Shown here piece by piece: positions 37,895-48,037 of a DNA stretch of 64,000 nucleotides. This stretch comes from Nitrospirales bacterium (lineage in GTDB: Bacteria; Nitrospirota; Nitrospiria; Nitrospirales; UBA8639): the NCBI GenBank assembly GCA_963422365.1, contig OY729426.1, forward strand, positions 768,001 through 832,000. Reading direction: 5' to 3'. Below the pieces are notes generated by a model. It saw nothing but the letters and a program-made list of their open reading frames with translations. It was not told the DNA's origin and did no database searches. The first letter of the stretch is position 1. Each line of letters opens with the position of its first letter. The position numbers and the translations under genes were made by a program.

Positions 37895-40800
37895 ATGGCG
37901 TCTCCCGACCAACCCTCTTCCGGTCCGATTGCGTGGATGACTCGCCACGCGGTGGCAGCCAACCTCGTCATGTTGATTTTTATTTTCGCGGGGTTACTCA
38001 TCAGCACCCGCGTCAAGCAGGAAGTCTTTCCGGAGTTTGACGTCGATGTGATTCGCGTCTCCGTGGCCTATCCCGGTGCCAGCCCGGAAGAGGTCGAGCA
38101 AGGGATTCTTCTCTCCATTGAAGACGTCGTGAGAGGTTTGGACGGTGTGAAAGCAATCACCTCCACGGCCTCTGAGGGCCGGGCCTTAGTGGAAATTGAG
38201 TTGGTGTCCGGAGTCAACGTCAATCATGTCTTGCAAGATACCACGAACGAGATTGACCGCATTCAGTCATTTCCGGAATTGGCGGAGGAACCCATTATCG
38301 GGTTAGTGGAAGTTCGGAAGCAGGTCCTGACCGTGTTGGTGCACGGTGATCTGGAAGAGCAGACCCTGCGTGACGTGGCCGAACGCATTCGTGATGCATT
38401 GTTGCAACGACCGGAGATCACGCTCGTGGAATTGGGTGTGGCCCGTCCACGAGAAATTTCCATTGAAGTGCCTCAACGGTATCTTCGGGCCTATGGTCTG
38501 ACCCTCAAGCAGATTGCCAACGAGATAGGGGAAGCCGCTATTGAGCTTCCCGGGGGAGGAGTCAAAACCTCTAGTGGCGAAGTGTTATTGCGGACGAAGG
38601 AGCGTCGTGATTTTGGCCGGGAATATGCTGAAATTCCTGTGGCCTCGACGCCGGATGGTGCCACCATCACCGTGGACAGGATTGCGACGATCACAGACGG
38701 GTTTGAGGAGACCGACGAAGAGGCCTTCTACAATGGCCAACGGGCGGTCCAAGTCAAAGTGTTTCGAGTCGGCATGGAAACGCCACAGTCCGTGTCCGAC
38801 AGCGTGCATGCGTATTTGGAGGAATTGCGACCGGAATTGCCGGATGGCCTTGGCTTGGCGACTTGGAATGACCAATCCGAGATTTATCGAGACCGGATGC
38901 GGCTGTTAGTGAAGAACTCGTTGCTTGGCTTGCTTCTGGTCCTGTTGCTCCTGGGCTTATTTTTGGACCTCAAGCTGGCGTTTTGGGTCACGGTCGGTCT
39001 GCCCACTTCCATCATCGGGTCTTTCGTGTTCATCCCCCTCACGGGAGCCTCCATCAATATGATTTCCTTGTTTGCGTTCATTGTCACGCTTGGAATCATC
39101 GTCGACGATGCCGTGGTCGCGGGTGAAATCATTTATCAAAAACGGGAACAGGGCCTGCCTTTTCTCCAAGCGGCTATTGTCGGGGCTCGGGAGATTGCCG
39201 GTCCCATCACGTTTGCCGTGCTGACCAATATCGCGGCGTTCTTGCCCTTGTTTTTCGTGCCGGGTGACGTTGGCAATTTCATGCGGCAGATTCCCTCGGT
39301 GGTGGTGGCGGTGTTTGTGGTGTCGCTGGTTGAGTCCTTGTTTGTGTTGCCGGCTCATTTGGCCCATGCGCGAGAGCCCTCAGAGTTTTGGAAAACACTC
39401 GATCGCCCACGACGTTGGTTGAGTCACGCCATGCAGACCTTTATACACGAACACTATCAACCGTTTCTCCGAACCGCTCTCGCCAATCGCTATTTGACGG
39501 TGGCGGTGGGGGTGGCCTTGTTGATCCTGACGGCAGGCACGGTAGCCGGCGGTCATATCCCCTTTAGTTTTCTCCCAGCTATTGACTCCGACATTGTCAC
39601 GGCGCAAGCCACCCTGCCTTATGGTGTCCCTCTAGAACAGTCCCGGAGAGTCTTGGATCGCCTTCTGGAGTCGGGAAACGCCGCGACCGCTCAACACGGG
39701 GGCGAGGCTGTGGTACGAGGAATCTATGCCCAAATCGGTTCGGCCTTGCAGGGAATGGGGCCGGCGCAGGCTGCGGTGGGTTTGGCCGGCAGCCACATGA
39801 TCGGAGTGCAGGTCTTTTTGGTGCCTGCAGATCAACGGGATTTCAGCGGAGCGGATTTTTCCAATGCCTGGCGAGCAGCCGTCGGGACGGTCCCGGGGCT
39901 GGAGTCTCTGACCTTCAAAGCAGAAATTGGCCCGACCGGTGGGGCGCCGATCGACATTCAGCTCGCTCATCGTTCCAGAGCGATTCTTGAAACCGCTGCT
40001 GAGGAATTGGCGGAGGCGTTGTCACGTTATGCCGGGGTGACGGATATTGATGATGGCGTGTCATTAGGAAAACCGCAATTGAGTTTTCGAATCAAGCCGG
40101 AAGCTCGCAACCTGGGCCTCAATGCGACAGATTTAGCCCAACAAGTGCGTGGGGCCTTTTATGGAGTCGAAGCGCTGCGTCAACAACGAGGACGCGATGA
40201 AGTGAAGGTGATGGTGAGGTTGCCTGAAGCAGACCGCCATTCCTATTTCACGGTCGAACAATTGATCTTGTTAACCGAGCAAGGTGGAGAAATTCCCTTG
40301 GCGGAGGCGGCGGAGATTGAACCGGGACGTGCCTATACGGAAATCAAACGGCGCGAAGGGCGTCGAATCGTGGCGGTCACGGCTGATGTCGATGATCAAA
40401 TCGCCAATGTCAACACCATCCTAGGGGAAGTGACCGCCAATGAGTTGGAAGCGTTGCAAAAAAAATATCCAGGACTCACGTATTCGCTGGAAGGCGAGCA
40501 GGCTTCGCAACAAGAATCGCTTTCTGCCCTGGCCATGGGGTTTGTCTTAGCGCTGCTACTGATCTATGGGTTGCTGGCCATTCCCTTCAGAAGTTATGTG
40601 CAACCGCTTATTGTGATGCTCGGTATTCCCTTTAGCTTCATCGGTGCGGTGGCCGGACACCTTCTTTTGGGCTATGGGCTCAGTATCATGAGTCTGTTCG
40701 GCCTCGTGGCCTTGGCGGGTGTGGTGGTCAATGATTCATTGGTCTTGATCGTCGCGACGAATCAGCTTCGGGGTGAGAAGCACCTGTCCGCCCATGACGC

Positions 40801-41080
40801 AGTGATCCAAGGTGCGATGAATAGGTTTCGGCCTATTGCCCTGACTTCGTTGACCACGTTCTTTGGTTTAGCCCCGATGATGTTTGAGACGGCGTTGCAG
40901 GCTAGGTTTATGATCCCCATGGCCATCTCGCTGGGATTTGGTATCTTATTCGGGACGGTGATTATTGTCATAATTGTGCCTGCGGTCTATCTCATCGTGG
41001 AAGAGCTGTTACGCAGAGGTCAACCGGATCCGGCTGACTCGTTGGCTTCACCGGAACATCCAGAGGCAGAGTCACCGTAA
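37895..41080 (+). CDS. RND efflux permease (AcrB/AcrD/AcrF family)
   Basis: 1061 aa; LGIIVDDAVV, GVVVNDSLVL, RFRPIALTSLTT. Confidence 0.95.
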   Translation: MASPDQPSSGPIAWMTRHAVAANLVMLIFIFAGLLISTRVKQEVFPEFDVDVIRVSVAYPGASPEEVEQGILLSIEDVVRGLDGVKAITSTASEGRALVEIELVSGVNVNHVLQDTTNEIDRIQSFPELAEEPIIGLVEVRKQVLTVLVHGDLEEQTLRDVAERIRDALLQRPEITLVELGVARPREISIEVPQRYLRAYGLTLKQIANEIGEAAIELPGGGVKTSSGEVLLRTKERRDFGREYAEIPVASTPDGATITVDRIATITDGFEETDEEAFYNGQRAVQVKVFRVGMETPQSVSDSVHAYLEELRPELPDGLGLATWNDQSEIYRDRMRLLVKNSLLGLLLVLLLLGLFLDLKLAFWVTVGLPTSIIGSFVFIPLTGASINMISLFAFIVTLGIIVDDAVVAGEIIYQKREQGLPFLQAAIVGAREIAGPITFAVLTNIAAFLPLFFVPGDVGNFMRQIPSVVVAVFVVSLVESLFVLPAHLAHAREPSEFWKTLDRPRRWLSHAMQTFIHEHYQPFLRTALANRYLTVAVGVALLILTAGTVAGGHIPFSFLPAIDSDIVTAQATLPYGVPLEQSRRVLDRLLESGNAATAQHGGEAVVRGIYAQIGSALQGMGPAQAAVGLAGSHMIGVQVFLVPADQRDFSGADFSNAWRAAVGTVPGLESLTFKAEIGPTGGAPIDIQLAHRSRAILETAAEELAEALSRYAGVTDIDDGVSLGKPQLSFRIKPEARNLGLNATDLAQQVRGAFYGVEALRQQRGRDEVKVMVRLPEADRHSYFTVEQLILLTEQGGEIPLAEAAEIEPGRAYTEIKRREGRRIVAVTADVDDQIANVNTILGEVTANELEALQKKYPGLTYSLEGEQASQQESLSALAMGFVLALLLIYGLLAIPFRSYVQPLIVMLGIPFSFIGAVAGHLLLGYGLSIMSLFGLVALAGVVVNDSLVLIVATNQLRGEKHLSAHDAVIQGAMNRFRPIALTSLTTFFGLAPMMFETALQARFMIPMAISLGFGILFGTVIIVIIVPAVYLIVEELLRRGQPDPADSLASPEHPEAESP

Positions 41081-41132
41081 AACGCCGCCGTTGACGCATC
41101 TCCGGCAGCACGTCAAATCGTTGCATCCCGTC

Positions 41133-41759
41133 ATGTCACAGCTCTTGCAGGCGACTCGCCGAACCAGGCAGGCCTATGAAACGCATTCCGCCGTGTATGT
41201 CAAAGCATGGAATCGGCGAAGGCCTCGTATCCCCCCTCATCTTCAGGCGTGGCGACAAGGTCTTCCTTCACGAGGTTGGACATTGGATCTCGGGTGTGGG
41301 CTGGGACAAGATAGTCGATATTTGCAACGAAAGCGCTATCACGTCGTCGGTGTCGATGTGACATGGCCCTTTCTGCGCATCGCCCGAACGCGCAGTTTCC
41401 ACTTGCCTTTGATCCAGGCAGATATGGTTCACCTTCCCTTTGCCGTAGAATCGTTTGATGGAGTCTGGGCTGCGGCTTCGCTGATTCATATCCCGAAGAG
41501 TCATTCCCTCCGCGTCTTCCGAGAGTTGCGTGCCATCACGAAACCAGGCGGGCTTTTGGGGGCGACGATGGCGCATGGGAAGGGGTCGGGGTTTCTTGCC
41601 GATCAATGGATTCGCGGTCGGTTTCTTTCCAGATGGCACAAGCCGGAATTGACACGACTGCTCGAGAAGGCAGGGTGGGAGGTGGTTTCTGTGCAGGTTG
41701 TGGCCAACCAGGAACGAAAAGGTCGGTGGCTCAATCTGTTGGCCAGACGACCTGCTTGA
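41133..41759 (+). CDS. Class I SAM-dependent methyltransferase
   Basis: LDLGCGLG, VVGVD, FDGVWAAASLIH, KPGG. Confidence 0.85.
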   Translation: MSQLLQATRRTRQAYETHSAVYVKAWNRRRPRIPPHLQAWRQGLPSRGWTLDLGCGLGQDSRYLQRKRYHVVGVDVTWPFLRIARTRSFHLPLIQADMVHLPFAVESFDGVWAAASLIHIPKSHSLRVFRELRAITKPGGLLGATMAHGKGSGFLADQWIRGRFLSRWHKPELTRLLEKAGWEVVSVQVVANQERKGRWLNLLARRPA

Positions 41760-41840
41760 TCATGCCGGGAGGTCACACGGCACCTTTGCGGCGCCGTGTC
41801 AATGCGATTGAGTCGTTCACGGCAGCTTCCACAGCCTATC

Positions 41841-44354
41841 TTAGAAGAACCACTGGGTGCGGAAGAAAATAGAGCGCGGCATGTTGGCATGGGACACGCC
41901 GAGCCCAATACTCTGTTCCCCGATATTCAATAACTCCTGCTGATCCAGGAGATTGATCACATCCAGGGCAAGCACCAGCTTTTGTTGCTTGGCAAAGGGC
42001 AGCACCTGAGTCATGGAGAGATTATACGTGGTATTCGAATCTGCATGCCCCGAATTGGTTTTGGCGCCTGGTGCCGCGCTTCTCAGCCCGGACCCATACA
42101 GCATCTGCCAGGTGATCGTGGTGGTGGAAAAGGGACGATACGTGACCACCGCTGAGCTCGTCATTGTTTGTGAATGATCGCAAAACACGCCTTCACTCGT
42201 TCTGATATCGTCCAGTTCCTCTTCGTGGAACAAAAAGTGTCCCGATTGTAAGCCATACCCCTTGCATTGGCCCCAGGCCACGTTGCCGCGGGCCGTGAGC
42301 CTGTCCGTCAGCTTCGCGTTCAGGGCAACGTCGATCCCCCGTTGCCAGCCCCGTTCATACGCAAAATAATTCAGCATCGGCGTCGTATTGAATTGATGGG
42401 CGTCAGCTTGGTTGGTGTTGAGCTTGTAATAGCCCGTCACTTGGAGGACGGTCCTTGTCCCAAGTGCATGGGTCGAACCGAGTTCGAAATAATGCGACCG
42501 TTCAGGGTTGGCTTTGATATTGGTCGGATCCTCGGCCGCCGCTGTGGTGCCGGCGGCATTGAGGGCTTGAAAAGGCAGGGCCTCCAGATTGGGAGGCGTA
42601 AAGAGTCGCCCGTAGAACGCATGGAACGCATGCTGATCGTTGGGCGTATACGTGACACCCACGCGAGGACTGATTTGCATGGCATTAATGTACCCGTGAA
42701 TATGATCCAGGCGGAGACCCAGGTTCAAGGTCCAATGCTCGGTGGGCGTGAATTGATCCTGGATCCAAAACTCTTCCCGATACCCGATGATCCGCCGGTC
42801 GGCATTGCGGGTCAAGACCCCGCCCGTGGGGTGGCCATGGCCATGTCCCTCTTCATGCTCACCCCCATGCCCTTCTTCATATTCATCAGCGTGTTCTTCT
42901 CCATCTTCCTCATCATGTTCCTCTTCTTCACGACCAAACGCAAACAGCCGGGTTTTATTCGTTGCCTGTGTCCGGTCGAACTGGAACCCTGCTTTGATCA
43001 GGTGCCGGGGATTGAGCACATGGGTGTAATCGAGACGTACACCCCCGGCATAGCCCCACCGATCCTGATGGCCCGCTGAAAACGGTTCATCTGCGTCCCG
43101 GGTATAGGCCAGGACATGATAGGGATCGGTCGTGAACGTCGCCCGGCTATGTCGGAAGTAGCCGGCCACGCTAAAAAACTGGTTGGCATCCACATCATGG
43201 CGCCACACCAGATGGGAGTATTGGTTATGCTCTTGCTGGTTTTCATCAATCTCTGCCGAGGGCCTGGGCGTAAAATTCGGGGCGGTATTCTGGATCAATT
43301 CTGTTATCTCTTCGTTCGGTGCCTGACCAGGTTGCGTGGGAATTTCATAGTCCGCCACGCTATTCAAGAGCACCCAGGTCACGTTGTTGCGGTTGTTCAA
43401 TTGGTAATCACCCCGCAAGTAGGTCTGGTTTCGCTCGCCGTCGTTGTGAAAGACGGACTGTCCCAAGGTGGGAGGATCAATCCCCCGATTGGTTCTCGTA
43501 TAATTATTCATTGCATAAAATCGGAATCGCTCGCCCACGGTTCCGCCGTATTCAAAAGACGGCATCACGGATTGATTCGACCCGCCGAACACTTGGAGCG
43601 AACCAAAGCCCGACTTCGTTCCGCTTTTGCTGGTGATGTCGATCACCGCGGCTGTCCGATTTCCATATTGGGCTTCCATGCCTCCGAGAATAATGTCCGC
43701 CCGATCCCAGACTCGCGGGGAGAGCAAATCCGTAAACTGGCTCGTGACGGTATCCGGAATGGGCACACCGTCAATCCGGAATTGGAGATTCGCATGATCC
43801 TGCCGAATGTGGACTTGTTTGAGGCTGCCGTTGACTGCACCGGGAATGGTGAGTAAGACATCCGACAGATCCAGATTGTTACCCCGTGGCAGTTCTTCAA
43901 TGTCTTTCCGGCTGACGGAATAGGTCTCACTGGACGAGTTGGGCTTAATAGGAAGGAGCGGTGCCACGATTTCCAGGGCCACCTCCTGGGTCTCCGTCAG
44001 GGTCAACATGACGGGGACGGGCGACTCTCGGCCGACCTCAATTACCACGTGTTCACTCCGATAGGTGTCTTGAACGGCTTGGACGGAAAAGACGCCGGCA
44101 TATGGGACAACCAACGTAAACTCGCCTGCGTCGGTTGTTGATTCTGATGTGACCAGAATCCCTTCTTGATCCCGCAATTCCACGGTGACCTGCGCAACGC
44201 GCCGCAAATCCGCATTCTGCACGTACCCGAGAATCATCTGACTCTCTGCTGCAGAACCACGCTGTGGCACTCCCCAAAGCAGCGCCACGGCTACCCCGAC
44301 GATGAGCCATGACCGCCTTCTGCGCTGATTCGTTAATGGATCTCTGTCTGTCAT
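41841..44354 (-). CDS. TonB-dependent receptor with His/Glu-rich loop
   Basis: Signal peptide, N-terminal beta extension, plug (IDGVPI...YGNRTAAVIDITSK), SPRVGVTY, C-terminal F. Confidence 0.88.
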   Translation of the reverse strand: MTDRDPLTNQRRRRSWLIVGVAVALLWGVPQRGSAAESQMILGYVQNADLRRVAQVTVELRDQEGILVTSESTTDAGEFTLVVPYAGVFSVQAVQDTYRSEHVVIEVGRESPVPVMLTLTETQEVALEIVAPLLPIKPNSSSETYSVSRKDIEELPRGNNLDLSDVLLTIPGAVNGSLKQVHIRQDHANLQFRIDGVPIPDTVTSQFTDLLSPRVWDRADIILGGMEAQYGNRTAAVIDITSKSGTKSGFGSLQVFGGSNQSVMPSFEYGGTVGERFRFYAMNNYTRTNRGIDPPTLGQSVFHNDGERNQTYLRGDYQLNNRNNVTWVLLNSVADYEIPTQPGQAPNEEITELIQNTAPNFTPRPSAEIDENQQEHNQYSHLVWRHDVDANQFFSVAGYFRHSRATFTTDPYHVLAYTRDADEPFSAGHQDRWGYAGGVRLDYTHVLNPRHLIKAGFQFDRTQATNKTRLFAFGREEEEHDEEDGEEHADEYEEGHGGEHEEGHGHGHPTGGVLTRNADRRIIGYREEFWIQDQFTPTEHWTLNLGLRLDHIHGYINAMQISPRVGVTYTPNDQHAFHAFYGRLFTPPNLEALPFQALNAAGTTAAAEDPTNIKANPERSHYFELGSTHALGTRTVLQVTGYYKLNTNQADAHQFNTTPMLNYFAYERGWQRGIDVALNAKLTDRLTARGNVAWGQCKGYGLQSGHFLFHEEELDDIRTSEGVFCDHSQTMTSSAVVTYRPFSTTTITWQMLYGSGLRSAAPGAKTNSGHADSNTTYNLSMTQVLPFAKQQKLVLALDVINLLDQQELLNIGEQSIGLGVSHANMPRSIFFRTQWFF

Positions 44355-44405
44355 CGATCTTCCCTTCTCTCTCCCAATAATGTTGAATAATTCCGGCGTC
44401 TCTCC

Positions 44406-45302
44406 TCAGAGGAGCCTGCGGTGCTTCTGCACGGCCGGCTTGTGTTTTCTCTGGAGTAAGTGGACCGCCTGTTCACTGGCTTCTTTCACCAGGATCCCCA
44501 TCTTCGAATGGGAGGGTTCGAAGTCAATGGGGAAATGATGGTGACGGAGCCGATGACTGGTCATCGGGCCGATCGAGGCGACCATGGTTCTCCCTAGCGC
44601 GCCACGAAGGGCTGCGAGTTCATCGGTGGCGCTGAGCAGTTTTACGATATGATCGACTTGGGCCGCGCTCGTGAAGAACACGACAGACGCTTTTCCGTCC
44701 AAAATACTACGGAGAGTCCGTTTGAGGGGCTCCACGTCGTCAGGAAGGGCCCATCGGTACACAGACACACTTCTGACTCGTGCTCCCCGCTCGGTCAAAC
44801 CCTGTGCAAGGTCCTTGTTTACTCTACCGTATTCTTGAATGGCAACCCGGAATCCGGACAGTCCCTCAGGTTTGAAGGCATCCAAGGTGTGGAGGATATC
44901 CCGCCAAGTATTGGGTTCAGGCACGGTGAGGTGGGGCTTCAACCCCAACTCCTTTAAGGCCGCAACGGGTTTTGGCCCACGGCAAATGAGGGTTATCCTC
45001 GTCAGGGCTTGCCGGATCGTTTCGAGGGGAAACTGCGTTTTCCAGACGTCCACCAATGTCCTTGTCCCAACGCCCGTCAGCAAAATCAGCAGGTCAACGG
45101 CCCCCGCCATGAGGTGCTTCGCGAAGTCCAAGGCTTCTGTATGATTTTCCAAGGGAATCTCTTGTAAGGAGGAGGCAACCATGGGATTTCCTCCATGCCG
45201 GGCAATTAGCTTGGCCATGTGATCGCCCATCCGGCTTTCGAAGGCGGTGACGGTCATCCCGGCGAATCCACTTGTTGAGTCTGGTTCAGTGCTCATGTTC
45301 AC
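44406..45302 (-). CDS. hemD: Uroporphyrinogen-III synthase
   Basis: FESR, LTGVG, CRGPKP, VAIQEYG, VYRWALP, FTSAAQ, ASIGP. Confidence 0.85.
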   Translation of the reverse strand: MNMSTEPDSTSGFAGMTVTAFESRMGDHMAKLIARHGGNPMVASSLQEIPLENHTEALDFAKHLMAGAVDLLILLTGVGTRTLVDVWKTQFPLETIRQALTRITLICRGPKPVAALKELGLKPHLTVPEPNTWRDILHTLDAFKPEGLSGFRVAIQEYGRVNKDLAQGLTERGARVRSVSVYRWALPDDVEPLKRTLRSILDGKASVVFFTSAAQVDHIVKLLSATDELAALRGALGRTMVASIGPMTSHRLRHHHFPIDFEPSHSKMGILVKEASEQAVHLLQRKHKPAVQKHRRLL

Positions 45303-45307
45303 TCTAA

Positions 45308-45511
45308 TAAGAGTTTCAAGCTTTTAAGAGTTTCAAGCTTTTAAAAGTTTCAAGCTTTTAAGAGTTCCAAGCTTTTAAGAGTTCCAAGCTTTTAAGAGTT
45401 CCAAGCTTTTAAGAGTTCCAAGCTTTTAAGAGTTCCAAGCTTTTAAGAGTTCCAAGCTTTTAAGAGTTCCAAGCTTTTAAGAGTTCCAAGCTTTTAAGAG
45501 TTCCAAGCTTC
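45308..45511. repeat. 12 x 17-bp tandem repeat
   Basis: TAAGAGTTYCAAGCTTT; first three copies TTTC (one with a further substitution), remaining nine TTCC. Confidence 0.97.
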
Positions 45512-45676
45512 TCCTGTCAAGTAAAAGAACCCTAGTATGAGGGTAACACACGGTCTGCACGGGACTCCAAGCATTCATCCCGGCATTGCTACCACTATCT
45601 ATTATCAGGCAAGCGTCATACGACGGCGCTATGACAAAGCCATACGGCCAGGCTCAGTATGCCATGCACGTTTTCT

Positions 45677-45706
45677 GGATTCCCGCTAGTACCAAGCGGG
45701 AATGAC
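45677..45706. repeat. REP/RPE-like palindromic element
   Basis: GGATTCCCGCT-AGTACCA-AGCGGGAATGAC. Confidence 0.65.
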
Positions 45707-45805
45707 GGAAGTCGGGCCGCATCTCATGCGTCAAATAAAATACCGACAGCAGGGGTTGCTCCACTCAGTGGGCCCCGTTAAGATGACCTCCTTGGATTTG
45801 GAACC

Positions 45806-46258
45806 ATGAGCAGCATGTCTGAGCAAGGCCGACAGGAGATTCCACAAGGGAGAGGCTTACGCCACGTTGCCTTGAACGTGACGAATCTGGAAACCTCGAA
45901 AACATTTTATCAAACCTGGTTTGGGATGACTATTGTCTGGGAACCTGATGCCGGGAATGTCTATATGAGTTCGGGGGTTGATAACGTGGCCCTGCATCAA
46001 ATTCCAACAGAGAACATTCCCGCTTACCAGCAGAGTCCTGGACAATGCCTTGACCATTTGGGGTTTGTCATGGATTCCCCTGACAGTGTGGACCGACTGT
46101 ATGAACAGGTTGTCAAAGAAGGCGTCGAGATTGTCCACCACCCGAAGCGACACCGGGACGGCAGTTATTCATTTTATCTTGCGGATCCTGACCACATTGT
46201 CATCCAAATTTTGTACGAACCCGCGATCAGTGCGGTTCGTTTTTCGACAGAAACGTAA
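45806..46258 (+). CDS. VOC/glyoxalase family protein
   Basis: LRHVALNV...FY...LDHLGF...SFYLADPD. Confidence 0.88.
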   Translation: MSSMSEQGRQEIPQGRGLRHVALNVTNLETSKTFYQTWFGMTIVWEPDAGNVYMSSGVDNVALHQIPTENIPAYQQSPGQCLDHLGFVMDSPDSVDRLYEQVVKEGVEIVHHPKRHRDGSYSFYLADPDHIVIQILYEPAISAVRFSTET

Positions 46259-46329
46259 GGGGTTGCCTTCTGCTCGGTTGTGGCATGACGTGATGGTGGA
46301 ACCCCGCACGAAGAAAGACGATTAGCTCT

Positions 46330-47952
46330 ATGGCTCTCTGGGATCGCGTCGGCCTCAATCAGTTTGTCGGGCTTCAGCCGTGGGTGTGGGTGCAACTGGA
46401 AAGCGCCGAGCCGCCGGGCCCCTTCCCTTTTATGGGCGGCGTGGACCCCGCGGTCGTGGCAAGTCTCCATGAAGTCCACGGAATCCTCATGAGTACGGTG
46501 GAAACGGCTATCAGTGATGTGTTTGCCCATCGAACCTTGGTCGATGATCCAGCCGTCAGTCGCCGGCTTGAGGATGCCTATGCGGAAGTGGTGCAGTCAC
46601 GACCACGGCTTCAGCAACATATTCGGTGTGGACGGAATCCTGACGGCACCTTTGAGTGGGAATTTCCTCACGATCGTCATAAGTCAGCGGTCATGCATTA
46701 CGCCGGTCTGCGCATTTTCAATGCGGTGAAACGGCAAGCGTTGCCGATAGGATTGGAGCGTCCGCTCTCACCTGGGGTAGGAAAACTGTTGGGCTGTTTA
46801 AATGGGACCCGCACCGTCTCGGAAATTCGCACGATTGCCATGGCTGCCGGTCGTGACGTTTCGCCACAGTTGCTTCATCTTCTTGAGCAACTCGACTCGC
46901 ACGAGTGTTTAGCCGTGACGGACCACTCCTCGGTTCGAACACAGTGGCTCGATGTCACCCGGGATCAAGAGACGGTTCATCTTGGTCATGCGGCCTTGAT
47001 GTACCGACAACGAGACCAGTTCCTCTGGTTTGATCCCTGGCTGATGCCCTGGTTTGCCGAATCTCCGGTCCCGTCACTGTGGACGTCGTTGTTGCCACAA
47101 CCAGCCGCCGTGTTCTGCACGCACGACCATGATGACCATGTCGATCCTCGCACGTTGCTGCACTTGCCGAAGGAAGTGCCGATGATCGTACCTAGCCGGA
47201 AAAACCGGAAGACGTTGTATTTCGATTATCTTTCCTTGATGCGAGAATTGGGCTTTACAAACGTCATTGAACTGGCGCATGGAGAATCCTGGAAATTTGA
47301 AGGGGGGCAGGTGGTATCGGTCCCGTTTTTCGGCGAGGATCCTTGCGACCTTGCGCTTCCACGAAATTGCTATTTGATCAGCGATCAAGGGCACAATACC
47401 TTGGTCCATGCAGACAGCGGTCCGACGAACGATGGGCATTCCGCTATTGAGGATGGGGTCATCGCCAGACTTGTGGAGCACTATGGTCCGATTACGACCG
47501 TCTATGCCTCCCAACAACAGTTGAAAGAAATTCGTTCTTACACGGCTCATGCGAGTTTGTCCCATCCCGGCAAGTGGTTGGAGGTGGGAGAAAACGGATT
47601 CCTGACCAATCACTATCTGTCGGATGTGATGCAACACGCCCAAGCCAGATTGTTCGTCTCGTATGCCACGGGTGGTGCCGATTGGTATCCGGACCATTTG
47701 TCGTTCATGTTTAGTCACCGCAATCCGGCCCGTACGGCGTTACTCACCGCCCACTGGGACCCCCCGGAGTCTCTGCGTGACGTGCTGGCGGCATCCGGCA
47801 GTCAGTACCATTATGGTCAAGCCTTAGACAGTGTTCGCGTGTCTGCGCCAGGCCAGGTTCAGGTGATCCGGAAAAACGAAGCCATCACGCCGCTCTTTCT
47901 CTATCAACTTGATCATGAGGTGCCCGCGTTCCTCAAAGGCGCTCACCGGTAG
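46330..47952 (+). CDS. Metallo-beta-lactamase-fold protein with long N-terminal domain
   Basis: HLGHA, FDPW, THDHDDHVD, ADS. Confidence 0.8.
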   Translation: MALWDRVGLNQFVGLQPWVWVQLESAEPPGPFPFMGGVDPAVVASLHEVHGILMSTVETAISDVFAHRTLVDDPAVSRRLEDAYAEVVQSRPRLQQHIRCGRNPDGTFEWEFPHDRHKSAVMHYAGLRIFNAVKRQALPIGLERPLSPGVGKLLGCLNGTRTVSEIRTIAMAAGRDVSPQLLHLLEQLDSHECLAVTDHSSVRTQWLDVTRDQETVHLGHAALMYRQRDQFLWFDPWLMPWFAESPVPSLWTSLLPQPAAVFCTHDHDDHVDPRTLLHLPKEVPMIVPSRKNRKTLYFDYLSLMRELGFTNVIELAHGESWKFEGGQVVSVPFFGEDPCDLALPRNCYLISDQGHNTLVHADSGPTNDGHSAIEDGVIARLVEHYGPITTVYASQQQLKEIRSYTAHASLSHPGKWLEVGENGFLTNHYLSDVMQHAQARLFVSYATGGADWYPDHLSFMFSHRNPARTALLTAHWDPPESLRDVLAASGSQYHYGQALDSVRVSAPGQVQVIRKNEAITPLFLYQLDHEVPAFLKGAHR

Positions 47953-48037
47953 CAAGGAAGACTGTGCCGGGGTGGGACGAAAGCCAGCACTTCTTGCTGT
48001 TCAGCCTTTAATATGATAGGACTAACTCCTTTGTACG

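Noticed and set aside
42267..43856. Long plus-strand ORFs
   Set aside because: Antisense shadows of the TonB-dependent receptor gene.
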